Below, piece after piece: positions 23,101 to 34,764 of a stretch of DNA of 64,000 nt. The DNA lies in contig JBHGNT010000017.1 of assembly GCA_043228905.1 (NCBI GenBank), forward strand, positions 2,790,001 through 2,854,000, read 5' to 3'. The notes under the pieces are model-generated. The model did not search any database, was not told the DNA's origin, and was given only the letters and a program-made list of their open reading frames with translations. The stretch's first letter is position 1, and the number at the start of each line of letters is the position of its first letter. The position numbers and the translations under genes are program-made. This stretch comes from Azolla caroliniana (Eukaryota; Plantae; Polypodiophyta).

Positions 23101-25866
23101 CATGTCAGAGGAGGAGGAGGAGGTGGTGGGAGTGGGCGTGACAGCCACAGGCAGAGCCAGAACTTCCTCAGGCATTGCGGAATGTATGATGAGAATAAGG
23201 ATTGAGAGGAGATGGAGAGTGCATGGGAGGCTCAGCATCTCGTGAACGGAATATGAAGTATGGTGGAAACCAACGGAGGAGGAACGGAGTGTTGGATAAA
23301 GAGGATGGAGGAGTGAGTGAGTGAGTCTTTCGTTATCCATAGCCTCTGCGTTTGAAGAAACAATTATGTTTGTACACAACCATTACCATAGTTTATTTAG
23401 ATTCGGGAAACTTTTGTGAAAGCATGCTCACTTCTGATCTAATGTTTAGGTTTGTCTGACAAGGCTAGTCAATCATTGCATTTTTTTGTTACTTTGAAGT
23501 TTTTCCCAACCTCAACGATTTTGGATTTTGTTTGGATTGTTTCTTCACCACCCTCAACAATGCAAGATAATTTCTTGTCCGGCCCACATGTACAATCAAT
23601 TGTCTTTAAACGTAAAGTCTAGATCATACCCATCTACCTTCCATCTTCCAAAATAATTAGTTCCACCTTAGGGCTAGTCATAGCAATGGGTCATAAGTAA
23701 TATTTACCGAATTCGTTTAAAAGTGGTAGTACGGAACCAAACTTTCTTCATGAATCATTGAAATCAACACAAGATTCTTGATAAGATAGGTTCTCCAAGT
23801 TATTGAAATTAATACACATACTTTACATGTGATTTGTATATTCTTTGACACATTCAAGAGCTCAATCAAGACTTATGAAATTCAAGGGCAACTTTTATCC
23901 AATGTCAACCAACAAACCCAAAAGCGAAAATGTGAACATACCTACAAGATTCATATTTCTAAGGTCAATCAAGTGATATGGGGAAAAGTAAGAAGAAGTT
24001 AATACAACAAATTCAATGGAGGCACATTGCAAATTTCCCCAATGTTGGTGACATACGAGAACTTTGGCACTAAAACAATTTGTCAATCATCAAATTAATT
24101 ATCAATGCGAACAACCAAAATGACGGCAATACAACCAAGAAACTATCCCGCTTTTATATATAGAGGAGAACTAATACAAATAGTGTAAAGCCTCAAATAT
24201 CTTAATATTATGTATCACTGACAAGTAGGTGGAATGTGTGCAACTGGTCTAGACTGCAAGTAGGTTGAAATAGTAATTGTACAATTGAGATGAAACTAAA
24301 GTGACATTTAACTATGGAAAGTAAGATTTATGTTATCGAACGTTACTGGTTGAAGTGTTGCTTTATGGAGTGAAAGTTTAGGGTAGCACTATCTCACGTA
24401 GTGCATGGGATGAAATAGAGAAAATTAACAAACAATTGTAACCTGGAAAATTAGGATTAAAATCCTCAACATCGCATCCTCTCATGTTATTAGAAGTAGG
24501 TGTTCAACCAATAGAGGTGCTAGTCATATGACTATTATATGCAATATGTCACAAATGCCAAGAATATACTTGATCACATATTGCCAAAACAAGTTTGCAA
24601 TGTAGGATGCAAGGTAAAATGAAAATAAGAGCAAAATCCCCTCATTTGTTTGGATGCCTGACATTATGAAATGGTTTAAGAGATGGGGAAATAGAAGGTA
24701 TGTTGGGGAAATAGGTGATCACAGAGGAGAAAAAGGAAAGGAAAGGAAAAAAACATAAGGGTTGCTCCCAAAGCGTCATTCTTTCTAGTCTCCACCATAA
24801 ATATTACTAGACACGTTGAGGATGAAGTAGCAAGATGCTAAAATGCCAAATTTGGAATATTACATTATGAATGTTAACCTTTAATGTTTTTCCCCGATAC
24901 AACTTAGGAAAGCCAAAATGTATCTATCCACACATTATTACTCCCAAGAGCCTTGACTCTCGAAGAGCCCTTACAGTTTTTCAAACTTGCTTACATAGGA
25001 GGAAAGTCGCTTGAGAGATTTATGTTTATATTGTTGCTTCTTAGACTTCAAGAAAGGTTTTGTTATGGTACTTTGTGAGCATCTTTGGAGGCGAATGAAA
25101 GAACTTGAAGTGCCAAGTGAATATACACTTACAATTTCCCAAATCTATAAGAAGGTTGTGTGTTGTGTGCATATGGGTGATAGACTTTTAGATTGTTTCA
25201 CTAGCATTATTGGTGTTAAGCAAGGATGCCCACTCTCACCATCTCTATTTGGTCTATGCATTGATCAATTGGAAGAAATAGTTGCAAAGTTGGTAAAGGA
25301 AGAAGCGTTGAAGAAGTTGTCATCGGGAATGTGGTCATTATGCTTTTGTTATATGTTGATAATATAGTGTGTTTTTTCAAATACTTTAGGGGATGCACAA
25401 AAGCTTATAAAGGTATTGGAAATGAATTGCATGCACACTACATTTAGTGTCAACGACGCTAAAACAAAGATTATGCTTGCAAAGAGCCAAATAAATAAAT
25501 AAATCGTTATGTACAATAATCAACCACTAGAGTGTGTGGAAAGATTGAAATCTATTTAAATCATAGATGAAATCAATGTGCTAGCCGTCAGCTAGAGGTG
25601 GGAAAAAGAGCATATTATGCATTTCAGAACACGTGGAATCATGGAGAAATTATGTGATAGGTGATAGCATCCCTAAATCTACTTGGAAAGAGTTTGAGAA
25701 TGTCCAAAAGCATTTCTACAATTTAGGAAACAAACACGATACACCCTCCTACTTGAGATGATATCATTTCCCATTGAGATCAAGACCATGGAAAGGGTTG
25801 TCGAATACATGTTCAAGGTTCAAAAAAGTCTCTCATATCGACTTCTTAGGATTGCACGAGAAGTAA
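20200..25866. repeat. Left arm of inverted segmental duplication
   Basis: Reverse complement of ~28776-34380, including the RLP, upstream DNA and LINE fragment; for example ORF pairs 23895/30554 and 25011/29307. Confidence 0.95.
20236..23238 (-). CDS. LRR receptor-like protein A (1000 aa, intronless)
   Basis: Signal peptide MLSLPCTLHLLSILILII, LRRNT (ALIAFK..WYGLLCD), 24-aa plant extracellular LRRs, island domain, ASFENNPGLYGCPL cap and GxxxG transmembrane helix; no kinase. The start is assigned by alignment with paralogue B. Confidence 0.95.
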   Translation of the reverse strand: MLSLPCTLHLLSILILIIHSAMPEEVLALPVAVTPTPTTSSSSSDMAVVQAQAQALIAFKDAITHDPFSCLSSRITTTTTISTSTTAPPSYCPSNRTAAWYGLLCDDLFHITSLNLSYCSLFGSISPSLVLLPSLSLLDLSHNKFSGPIPSSLGNLTQLQTLYLSSNKFSGPIPSSLWNLTQLSALDLSFNKFSGSIPSSLGNLTQLQYLDLAGNNLSGPIPSSLGNLTQLQHLDLAGNNLSGPIPSSLWNLTQLQHLDLAGNNLSGPIPSSLWNLTQLSALDLSFNKFSGPIPSSLGNLTQLQYLDLAGNNLSGPIPSSLGNLIQLQTLDLSLNKFSGPILSSLGDLTQLLYLVLDDNNLSGPIPSSLGNLTHLNTLSLQSNNLEGPIPSSLGNLIQLWTLALNGNNLDGPIPSSLGDLYQLGTLGLSPNNLSGPIPSSLGNLPQLQELYLGNNSLNGPIPSSLGNLIQLLDLDLSSNKFSGPIPSSLGNLTQLSVLNLTSNYLSGPIPSSLWNLTQLSALDLSFNKFSGPIPSSLGNLTQLWFLNLESNNLDGPIPSSLGNLTHLLFLYLCSNNLDGPIPSSLGNLTQLWILNLESNNLTGKIPAALGSCSQLFQLQLGFNTLTGSIPNELGMLINLQELSLFTNSLEGIVPVDALHNLTALHVLRLSQNNLTGKIENLDLSKMPSLVSFSVYENALEGGLPAGLTESEALVVFDVQRNKYFTESLGNITTPDISGLSKLRVLSVSYNQLSGEIPAWVWKLPNLQALDLSNNHFGGRLPASLTHLSYFKLNETANSNQTTLYEVVPVTIKNIVYILNYVLSARIYFDVSMNDLEGEIPESFGELQGLTGANLSHNRISGPIGEGTFGRLMQLEELDLSYNQLCGGIPLDLTSLNLANLNLAHNQLEGAIPTQNNFDTRFTSASFENNPGLYGCPLSSCNTSDHNASSRSRSTGDPKQQVLLIVIWFHEFVSPWALLVGYSVGLALGIFLRDLLSSNLK

Positions 25867-26190
25867 GCAAAATTTTGTGTTCTGATTAGATGCAAGATAT
25901 GGAAAAATGGTTTGGTAAATGGGATGCAATACACTTGCTTTAACATGCATCACTAGAATCCTCATAGCAACGGCAATGTATCATAACATGGGGAAAATGT
26001 GGAGGCTCATGCTTCACACATTATACTACACAAGTTGCACCTAACTACAAAACCATATTTTTCACGACACACATCGACACATGTTAGAGCCTATCCGATT
26101 GTCTGCCATCTTGGCCATTGCTTCTATGCAACTTAGCTCACACACATCGCGATGTGAGATGGGGTGTTGGGGCACATGTATAGAAGACAA
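24990..26190 (+). mobile_element. RTE-like LINE reverse transcriptase fragment
   Basis: FLDFKK..V..LWRRM and GVKQGCPLSPSLFGLCID motifs; frameshifted. Confidence 0.85.
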
Positions 26191-26229
26191 TCTTAAAAAC
26201 ATGTCGCTCCTCACGTGGAGGCTAATAAT

Positions 26230-26735
26230 AGCCTCTCACATTCATCTCAAACAACTTGCTGGCTCAACACACTCTATGCATTGGGTTCAGATTTGACAGC
26301 CCTAAATGTCGAATCATACACTTGCCTCTTGAGAAAGGCATCCTCACTTTTCTTTACGATATCCACCAAGAATCCAAATCCAATGACATCAGAAAGAATC
26401 AACTTCCCAATAAGATCCCCAAAATGCTTAGGTGCCAAAGGATTGTCAAGGGCAACATCTTCCAGCTGCTCTGTTGTGAGTCTTAATATCCTTGCCTGAC
26501 AAAACCTTTTCTGCCCATAAATCTACGAAGAGCTTCTTTACCAGATCCCTCTCTACCGTTGTTGGCCTTCTAATGACCATTTGCACCAACTGAGAATGGA
26601 AGTCTAGGCTTTGCGGCTCTTCAACACATAGTCTCGCTTCTCTAAGATCACCAACTGAAATGAATCCTTTAAGCAAGAACTCGGATTTTCTCTGGAGGAC
26701 TGCAAGAGATAGCCCAACAAGTGTTGGACCGCTTC
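26230..26735 (-). pseudogene. eIF(iso)4G-like MA3-domain C-terminal fragment
   Basis: LQRKSEFLLKGFISVGDLREARLCVEE..FHSQLV..ERDLVKKL, then after a frameshift EQLEDVALDNPLAPKHFGDLIGKLIL; contains stops. Confidence 0.75.
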
Positions 26736-28775
26736 TCTACAAGGCCATCTAGGTCCTGATTACTGAATGACTTTTAAAGTATATTTTTGCGGCACTCACT
26801 GTCTTTGGAACTCTTGCAATTGTGTTGGCATGTAAGTGGAAGACTATTCCATGTGAGCCATGCTAAATTACAGAGGAACAACAGTAGATAATATATTGTT
26901 CAAAAATATTTTGTACCCTTTTGGCTCAATACTTCTTTGATCATCTCTTTACATGCAAACAGGCATTATTCTACATGCAAGCCTGAGGACTCCTAACTTG
27001 AAAGCAAGATTAAACACATTCAGAGAAGAATTCCAGGCACTTTGGAAACGCTATGGAGAATTTTAATTTATCATTTGGATCCACAGGTTTTCTGATTCCT
27101 TTTGTGACAATTCATTTTCTAGTCTGGTCGCAACAACTTCCTTTGTAAATTGCTCTCTGAACATAAAGTACTTTATTTTGTTACCATGTATCATATCTGC
27201 AAAAGATCCCAAATTGAAACAATGGGGAAGACATTCTTCTGTGCTTTCTGTGGGATAAATGAGAAGGAAATATAAATGGCAAACAAATGTATGAAATTTA
27301 TATTAAAGGTTAGCTTGTTAATGTTTCATATATATACAAAGGGAGCTTATAATTAACATACGAATAGAGAAGCTTTTGTTTTTGTTTGTGTTGAATTAAA
27401 ACTTCAATCAGTTAAGCCGCTATCTCCACTTCAACGATAGTTAAAGTTTATTGATCTATGTTTGTTGCAATTGAGGATGTGTCAGAGATTGGGGTTGAAC
27501 TAGATGGTTCTTACAAGAGAATGTCTTCTCTATGCATAGTTGCCACTCAGCGGTCATGGATGTCAAATAACTATAGAGAAGATATTATAATACATACATG
27601 AATATGTAAAATACACTAAATATTATACATCAAGATGTCAAGTACTACCAGCCCTACACTGCCCATGGCTTGTCCAAGTCGTGCATTATTTACATTTTCT
27701 GGGCACGGCTATGACAAGTGGCATTAGTGACCCAACCAGAGAATAGAGAGTGTTTGCCGTGTGAATCGCACCAGTTGGTCTCAGAACAATGTATGGGCCC
27801 TTCCCAACCAAAAACACAGTATTTTCCATGTGCACACCCATCATATATCACATCACCTTGCCATATGCGCCTGTATGATCTCGGCATTCGTGCAATACCT
27901 AGTCAAAGCAAGCAGCTCCCAGAGACAGCAAGTTGCCTCGTGCAGGGGCTGCCCCCATGAAAGAAATTAGGTTAAAATCATATATTAAACTGGTAAGGAC
28001 ATATACTACACTTGATCTTAGCCAAAAGACCGAGAAAAGCATGATTTGTTCTGCGCTTCTACTTCCATACTTATATGACGTCTTAAACGTGCTTCTGCAT
28101 GTGGGATACCTGTCTCTCCTTACGACTTTGACCTTATCTAATCTTCTTCTCCCCTCACACTAAAAAACAATAATACCATACGTTTATAGGAGAAAAAGAA
28201 ACACACAATAATACCATACAACCCAATATTTACTTCTTCACGGCAAAGACCTGGATGATGAAGTAAGTGCGTGGCTTTGGTACAATGATTTCTAATAGAC
28301 TGTTCAAGGTGCAGCTCCTCATGCATGGGGAGGGCATGGCAGTTATTTGTTATTTTGAACATGGCTTGTTCCCAGCTGACCTATGCTAAAGACATACGTA
28401 AGCTCAGCTCGTGAACATCTCACTTCAAACTTAATCTCAGGGGCATACAATCACATGAAGAGTTGTACTCAACCATTGGCCCCAGACTCTATCATCAGGT
28501 AATTGAGTTACATTGAGCACACAACATTAATATTTCACTGCAAAATTACCTTGGGATTCTCAATTTATTAGATAGGTGGGTGGAAGAAAGGAAGTTATGA
28601 AGTGCATTGACATTATATTAATGTGGATGAAAGGAACTTGGAAAGTTTACAAACACGCTAATGGTTTGTACTCTTCTGGGATTAATTAGAATTAGATAGC
28701 TACACACATGGAAGAAAATTTCGAACTTGCTGGCATCCATTTCATTTCCCTGAAATTTGGTTGAAGTGGATGGAC

Positions 28776-29650
28776 TACTTCCCGTGCAATCCAAAAAAGC
28801 CGATATGAGAGACTTTTTTGAACCTTGAGCATGTATTCAAGAACCCTTTCCATGGTCTTGATCTCAATGGGAAGTGATATCGTCTCAAGTAAAAGGGTGT
28901 ATGGCATTTGTTTCTTAAATTATAGAAATGCTTTTGGACATTCTCAAACTCTTTCCAAGTAAATTTAGGGATACTACCCCACATCACATAATTTCTCCAT
29001 GATTCCATGTGTTCTAAAATGCATACTATGATCTCTTTCCCACCTCTTGTTGACGGGCAGCACATTGATTCCATCTATGATTTAAATAGATTTCAATCTT
29101 TCCACACGCTCTAGTGGTTGATTATTGTACATAACGATTTATTTATTTATTTGGCTCTTTGCAAGCATAATCTTTGTTTTAGCGCCATTGACACTAAATG
29201 TAGTGTGCATGCAATTCATTTCTAACACCTTTATAAGCTTTTGTGCATTCCCTAAACTATTTGCAAAAAAACACTATATTATCAACATATAACAAAAGCA
29301 TAATGATCACATTCCCGATGACAACTTCTTCAACGCTTCTTCCTTTACCAACTTTGCAACTATTTCTTCCAATTGATCAATGCATAGACCAAATAGAGAT
29401 GGTGAGAGTGGGCATCCTTGCTTAACACCAATAATGCTAGTGAAACTCTCTAAAAGTCTATCACCCATATGCACGCAACACATAACCTTCTTATAGATTC
29501 GGGAAATTGCAAGTGTATATTCACTTGGCACTTCGAGTTCTTCCATTCGCCTCCAAAGATGCTCACGAATTACCATATCAGAAGCTTTCTTGAAGTCTAA
29601 GAAGCAACAATATAAACATTTATCTCTCAAGTGACTTTCCTCGTGTAAGC
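28776..29650 (-). mobile_element. RTE-like LINE fragment (duplicated copy)
   Basis: ORF 29307-29630 is nearly identical to 25011-25367. Confidence 0.85.
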
Positions 29651-31297
29651 AAGTTTGAAAAATTGTAAGGCCTCTTTGAGAGCCAAGGCTCTTGGGAGTA
29701 ATAATGTGTGGATAGATACATTTTGGCTTTCCTAAGTTGTATCAGGGAAAAACATTGAAGGTTAACATTCACAATGTAATATTCTAAATTTGGCATTTTA
29801 GCATCTTGCCACTTCATCCTCAACGTGTCTAGTAATATTTATGGTGGAGACTAGAAAGAATGACGCTTTGGGAGCAACCTTTCTGTTTTTTTCCTTTCCT
29901 TTCCTTTTCTCCTCGGTGATCACCTATTACCCCAACATACCTTCTATTTCCCCATCTCTTAAACCATTTCATAATGTCGGGCATCGAAACCAATGAAGGG
30001 ATTTTGCTCTTCTTTTCTTTTTACCTTGCATCCTACATTGCAAACTTGTTTTGGCAATATGTGATCAAGTATATTCTTGGCTTTTGTGACATACTGCATA
30101 TATAATTGTCATATGACTAGCATCTCTATTGGTTGAACACCTACTTCTAATAACATGAGAGGATGCGATGTTGCAGATTTTAATCCTAATTGTCCATGTT
30201 ACAATTGTTTGTTAATTTTCTCTATTTCATCCCATGCACTAAGTGAGATAGTGCTACCCTAAATTTTCACTCCATAAAGCAACACTTCAACCACTAACGT
30301 TTGATGACATAAATCTTACTTTCCATACTTAAATGTCACTTTAGTTTCATCTCAATTGTACAATTACTATTTCAACCTACTTGAAGTCTAGACCTATTGC
30401 ATACATTCCACCTACTTGTCAGTGAGACATAATATTACGATATTTGAGGCTTTACACCATTTGTATTAGTTCTCCTCTATATATAAAAGTGGGGTAGTTT
30501 CTTGGTTGTATTGCCATCATTTTGGTTGTTCGCATTGATAATTAATTTGATGATTGACAAATTGTTTTTGTGCCAAAGTTCTCGTATGTCACCAACATTG
30601 GGGAAAATTGCAATGTGCCTCCATTGAATTTGTTGTATTAACTTCTTCTTACTTTTCCCCATATCACTTGATTGACCTTAGAAATATGAATCTTGTAGGT
30701 ATGTTCACATTTTCTCTTTTGGGTGTGTTGGTCGACATTAGATAAAAGTTGCCCTTGAATTTCATAAGTCTTGATTGAGCTCTTGAATGTGTCAAAGAAT
30801 ATAAAAATCACATGTAAAATATGTGTGTTAATTTCAATAACTTGGTGAACCTATCTTATCATGAATCTTTTCCTGATTTCAATGATTCATGAAGAAAGCT
30901 TGGTTTAGTGCTACCACTTTTAAACGAATTCACTAAATATTACTTATGACCCATTGCTATGACTAGCCCTAAGGTGGAACTAATTATTTTGGAAGATGGA
31001 AGGTAGATGGGTATGATCTAGACTTGATGTTTAAAGACAATTGACTGTACATGTGGGCCGGACAAGAAATTATCTTGCATTGTTGAGGGTGGTGAAGAAA
31101 CAATCCAAACAAAATCGTTGAGGTTGGGAAAAACTTCAAAGTTACAAAAAAATGCAATGATTGACTAGCCTTGTGAGACAAACTTAAACATTAGATAAGA
31201 AAGGAGCATGCTTTTACAAAAGTTTTCCCGAATCTGTATCAACTATGGTAATGGTAATTGTTTCTTCAAACGCAGAGGCTATGGATAACGAAAACTC

Positions 31298-31978
31298 GAA
31301 ATAGTAAATACGGAGGAATGCATTATAATAATATTTTTTTGTAAAATATTTAAATGCTAACTCAAGAATGTCATGCCAAAAGAAAGTTTAGAAGTCCCAA
31401 CCTCAAAGTGATGTCCAAGCTCAAATAGTTCAAGTTGATGTGGAATGTGGATATTGATGATTGTCTCAAGGATCATTATCGTTATAATGATTATTATGAA
31501 AATGGTGACAGTTATGAAGATGTTTGTGAAGCTTTCATTGAGGAAGCCATTTCGGTTACTATTCCAAAGTGAATATATTGGATGAGCTTTGGAGTGAAAA
31601 AAAACGCTTGTGGAGAGGTTGGGTTGTGTGGTAATGTAATTATTGTTGTGCTGTCTGGTGTGAAAAAGAGGAAAGGTTTTAAGGTCACTGACCCGCCTTT
31701 GAAATCAATCACTCAAAAGTCTTTCTTTTGGAAGGAGAAATATCAAAATCTCATGTCTTTGAAAATTGTTCATTCTGTAAGAAAAATGATGCATTCCAAA
31801 TTAAACTTGTCCCAGGGGGATCCCACCAAGAAGAGGTTACGATGGACGTGCACATGATGAATACTATGTCTAGTGCTGGATTCATCTGACCAACACTTGG
31901 TTCCACCTTCAAATGTAGTCATTCCCTTAGTGCTGTTGGTTTCCTCTACTCCATAGTTTGAAAGTTTCCACCTCTTTC
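31298..31978. mobile_element. 681-bp unclassified insertion just upstream of RLP B
   Basis: Absent from the left arm. It lies in an (ACTC)n tract with one extra ACTC, and its ends are GAAA...TTTC. Confidence 0.7.
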
Positions 31979-32031
31979 ACTCACTCACTCACTCTTCCTC
32001 CATCCTCTTTATCCAACACTCCGTTCACGAG

Positions 32032-34305
32032 ATGCTGAGCTTCCCATGCACTCTCCATCTCCTCTCAATCCTTATTCTCATCATACATTCCGTAATGCCT
32101 GCGGAGGTTCTGGCTCTGCCAGTAGCTGTGGCTGTGGCTGTGGCGCTCACTCCCTCTCCCACCACCACCACCACCACCTCCTCCTCCACCTCTGACGTGG
32201 CGGTAGTGCAAGCCCAAGCCCAAGCTCTCATAGCAATCAAGGATGCCATCACCCATGACCCCTCTTCTTGCCTCTCCTCCTGGACCACCACCACCACCAT
32301 CTCCACTTCCACCTCTACTAGTGATAGAGATGTTGTCCACACCACGGCACCACCCTCCTACTGCCCCGCCAATGGCTCTGCTGCCTGGTACGGCCTAGTC
32401 TGTGACGACCGCTTCCACATCACCTCCCTCAACCTCTCCTCCTGCAGCCTCTCTGGCTCCATCTCCCCTTCTCTCCCTCTCCTCCCTTCCCTTTCTCTTC
32501 TCGACCTCTCCTACAACAACTTCTCAGGCCCCATTCCTTCTAGCCTCGGGAGCCTCACCCGCCTACGGACCTTGCATCTCGAGGGTAATAACCTGGAAGG
32601 CCCCATCCCGTCTAGCCTCGGGAACCTCACCCAGCTACAGAACTTGGATCTCGAGTTCAACAACCTGGAAGGCCCCATTCCTTCTAGCCTCGGGAACCTC
32701 ACGCAGCTACTGTACTTGTTTCTCGAGTTCAACAACCTCTCAGGCCCCATCCCTTCTAGCCTCGGGGACCTCACCCAGCTATTGTACTTGGCTCTCTCTT
32801 TCAACAACTTCTCAGGCCCCATCCCTTCTAGCCTCGGGAACCTCACCCAGCTACGGATCTTGGGTCTCCAGAGCAACAACTTCTCAGGCCCTATCCCTTC
32901 TAGCCTCGGGAACCTCACCCAGCTGCGTATCTTGGATCTCGACAGCAACAACTTGGAGGGCCCCATACCTTCTAGCCTCGGGAACCTCACCCAGTTACAG
33001 ACCTTGTACCTCCAAAACAACAACCTGGGAGGCCCCATCCCTTCTAGCCTCGGGAACCTCACCCAGCTACAGTCCTTGGTTCTCCAGAGCAACAAACTGA
33101 CAGGGAAGATACCAGCTGCACTCGGTAGCTGCTCGCAACTCACCATCCTTCGATTAGGGTTCAACACTCTCAGCGGTTCCATCCCCAGTGAGCTGGGAAC
33201 GCTCATAAACCTCCAGGAACTCTCGCTATTTACAAACAACCTAGAAGGGATTGTCCCTGTCGACGCTTTACATAATCTGACGGCGCTTCAGGTCTTACGT
33301 CTCTTTCAAAACAATTTGACTGGGAAGATAGAGAGCTTGGATCTGTCCAAGATGCCGAATCTCTGGAGTTTTAGTGCCTATGAAAATGCTTTAGAAGGGG
33401 AGCTACCTGCTGGTCTAACAGAGAGTAAGGAACTGGTCGTCTTTGATGTGCAGAGGAATAAATATCTCACGGGAACCTTAGGCAATACTGATACTCCTCA
33501 CATCTCTGGTTTATCCAATCTAAGGGTCCTCTCCGTGAGCTACAACCAGCTAAGCGGAGACATCCCTGGTTGGGTTTGGAAGCTTCCCAGTCTACAGGCA
33601 CTAGACCTCTCCAACAATCGTTTCAGTGGTCGCTTCCCTGCAACTCTCACGCACCTCTCCTACTTCAAGCTCAATCAAACAGCAGACAGTAACCAGACAA
33701 CCCTCTACGAGGAGGTGCCTGTCACGCTGAAGAACACTGTCCAAATTCTTGACTGTGTTTTGAGTGCACGGATCTACTTTGATGTGTCCATGAACGATCT
33801 GGAAGGCGAAATTCCGGAGAGCTTCGGGGAGCTGCAGGGTTTGACAGGAGCCAACCTGTCCCACAACCGAATCAGCGGGCCCATAGGTGAGGGTACATTC
33901 GGGAGATTGATGCAGTTGGAGGAGTTGGACCTGTCCTACAACCAGCTCAGCGGTGGCATCCCACAAGATCTCACGTCTCTGGACAGCCTCTCTACTCTAA
34001 ACCTCGCCCACAACCATCTGGAAGGACCTATTCCCACACAGAACAGCTTTGATACCAGGTTCACGTTTGCCAGCTTTGAGAACAACCCGGGGCTGTATGG
34101 CTGCCCTCTTTCCTCCTGCAACAACAGTGCAAGTAGTAGTGATGTGGGCAGCAGAAGCATAAGCACAGGCGGGCAAACGCAGCAGCGATTATTAATTGTG
34201 ATTTGGTTTCGTGAGTATGTATCTCAATGGGGACTTCTAGTGGGCTATCCGGCCGGGCTTGCACTTGGCATATTCCTCTTCCGTCCCCTCTCCTTAAATT
34301 TTTGA
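32032..34305 (+). CDS. LRR receptor-like protein B (757 aa, intronless)
   Basis: Same architecture as RLP A, with 8 rather than 19 GPIPSSL units. Confidence 0.95.
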   Translation: MLSFPCTLHLLSILILIIHSVMPAEVLALPVAVAVAVALTPSPTTTTTTSSSTSDVAVVQAQAQALIAIKDAITHDPSSCLSSWTTTTTISTSTSTSDRDVVHTTAPPSYCPANGSAAWYGLVCDDRFHITSLNLSSCSLSGSISPSLPLLPSLSLLDLSYNNFSGPIPSSLGSLTRLRTLHLEGNNLEGPIPSSLGNLTQLQNLDLEFNNLEGPIPSSLGNLTQLLYLFLEFNNLSGPIPSSLGDLTQLLYLALSFNNFSGPIPSSLGNLTQLRILGLQSNNFSGPIPSSLGNLTQLRILDLDSNNLEGPIPSSLGNLTQLQTLYLQNNNLGGPIPSSLGNLTQLQSLVLQSNKLTGKIPAALGSCSQLTILRLGFNTLSGSIPSELGTLINLQELSLFTNNLEGIVPVDALHNLTALQVLRLFQNNLTGKIESLDLSKMPNLWSFSAYENALEGELPAGLTESKELVVFDVQRNKYLTGTLGNTDTPHISGLSNLRVLSVSYNQLSGDIPGWVWKLPSLQALDLSNNRFSGRFPATLTHLSYFKLNQTADSNQTTLYEEVPVTLKNTVQILDCVLSARIYFDVSMNDLEGEIPESFGELQGLTGANLSHNRISGPIGEGTFGRLMQLEELDLSYNQLSGGIPQDLTSLDSLSTLNLAHNHLEGPIPTQNSFDTRFTFASFENNPGLYGCPLSSCNNSASSSDVGSRSISTGGQTQQRLLIVIWFREYVSQWGLLVGYPAGLALGIFLFRPLSLNF

Positions 34306-34764
34306 AGTGAATCAGTAGTAGCTGTTGGTCAAGAGTCTTAGAAGCTATTGTTGGTCAAGAGCCTTAGAAGCTATAATTAAGTAATTAGTGACAATGAGCA
34401 ACAACTTACTTAGTTGCTAAATATAACCCCACACTAGAAGAAGTTATTATTAGTAAAAAAGAGTTTTCATGGTAGTTATAAATCAAGAAGCCTACCTCAT
34501 ATTTCCCTCCATTTTCTCTACTACTTGGTTTAGCTGCTCTCTGCTAGTTTAATTGCTCTATGCATCTTTTAGTTCTTAGTTGTTGTATTGTTGACTTAAT
34601 CAAATTCCTTATTGTTGTTCCAACTTATTCCATAACTTCTACTTGTTATAATTGTATGCTTTGTGTCAAAAGCTTTACGTGGTGTCAGTAGTACGAAGCC
34701 TGAAAATATACTACCTGCTCCATACTCTACTTCTGCGGAAAAGAAAGACAACAACCTCAACATT

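Larger units (their letters stand above)
28776..34380. repeat. Right arm of inverted segmental duplication
   Basis: Reverse complement of ~20200-25866, plus a 681-bp insertion and fewer LRR units. Confidence 0.95.

Noticed and set aside
23239-23379. 47-aa N-terminal extension of RLP A in the ORF track
   Set aside because: It starts at a non-ATG codon, precedes the signal peptide and is disrupted in paralogue B. An in-frame ATG at 23340 cannot be fully excluded.
27690-27960. GC-richer segment that may be another gene fragment
   Set aside because: No recognisable motif in the frames examined; it needs BLASTX.
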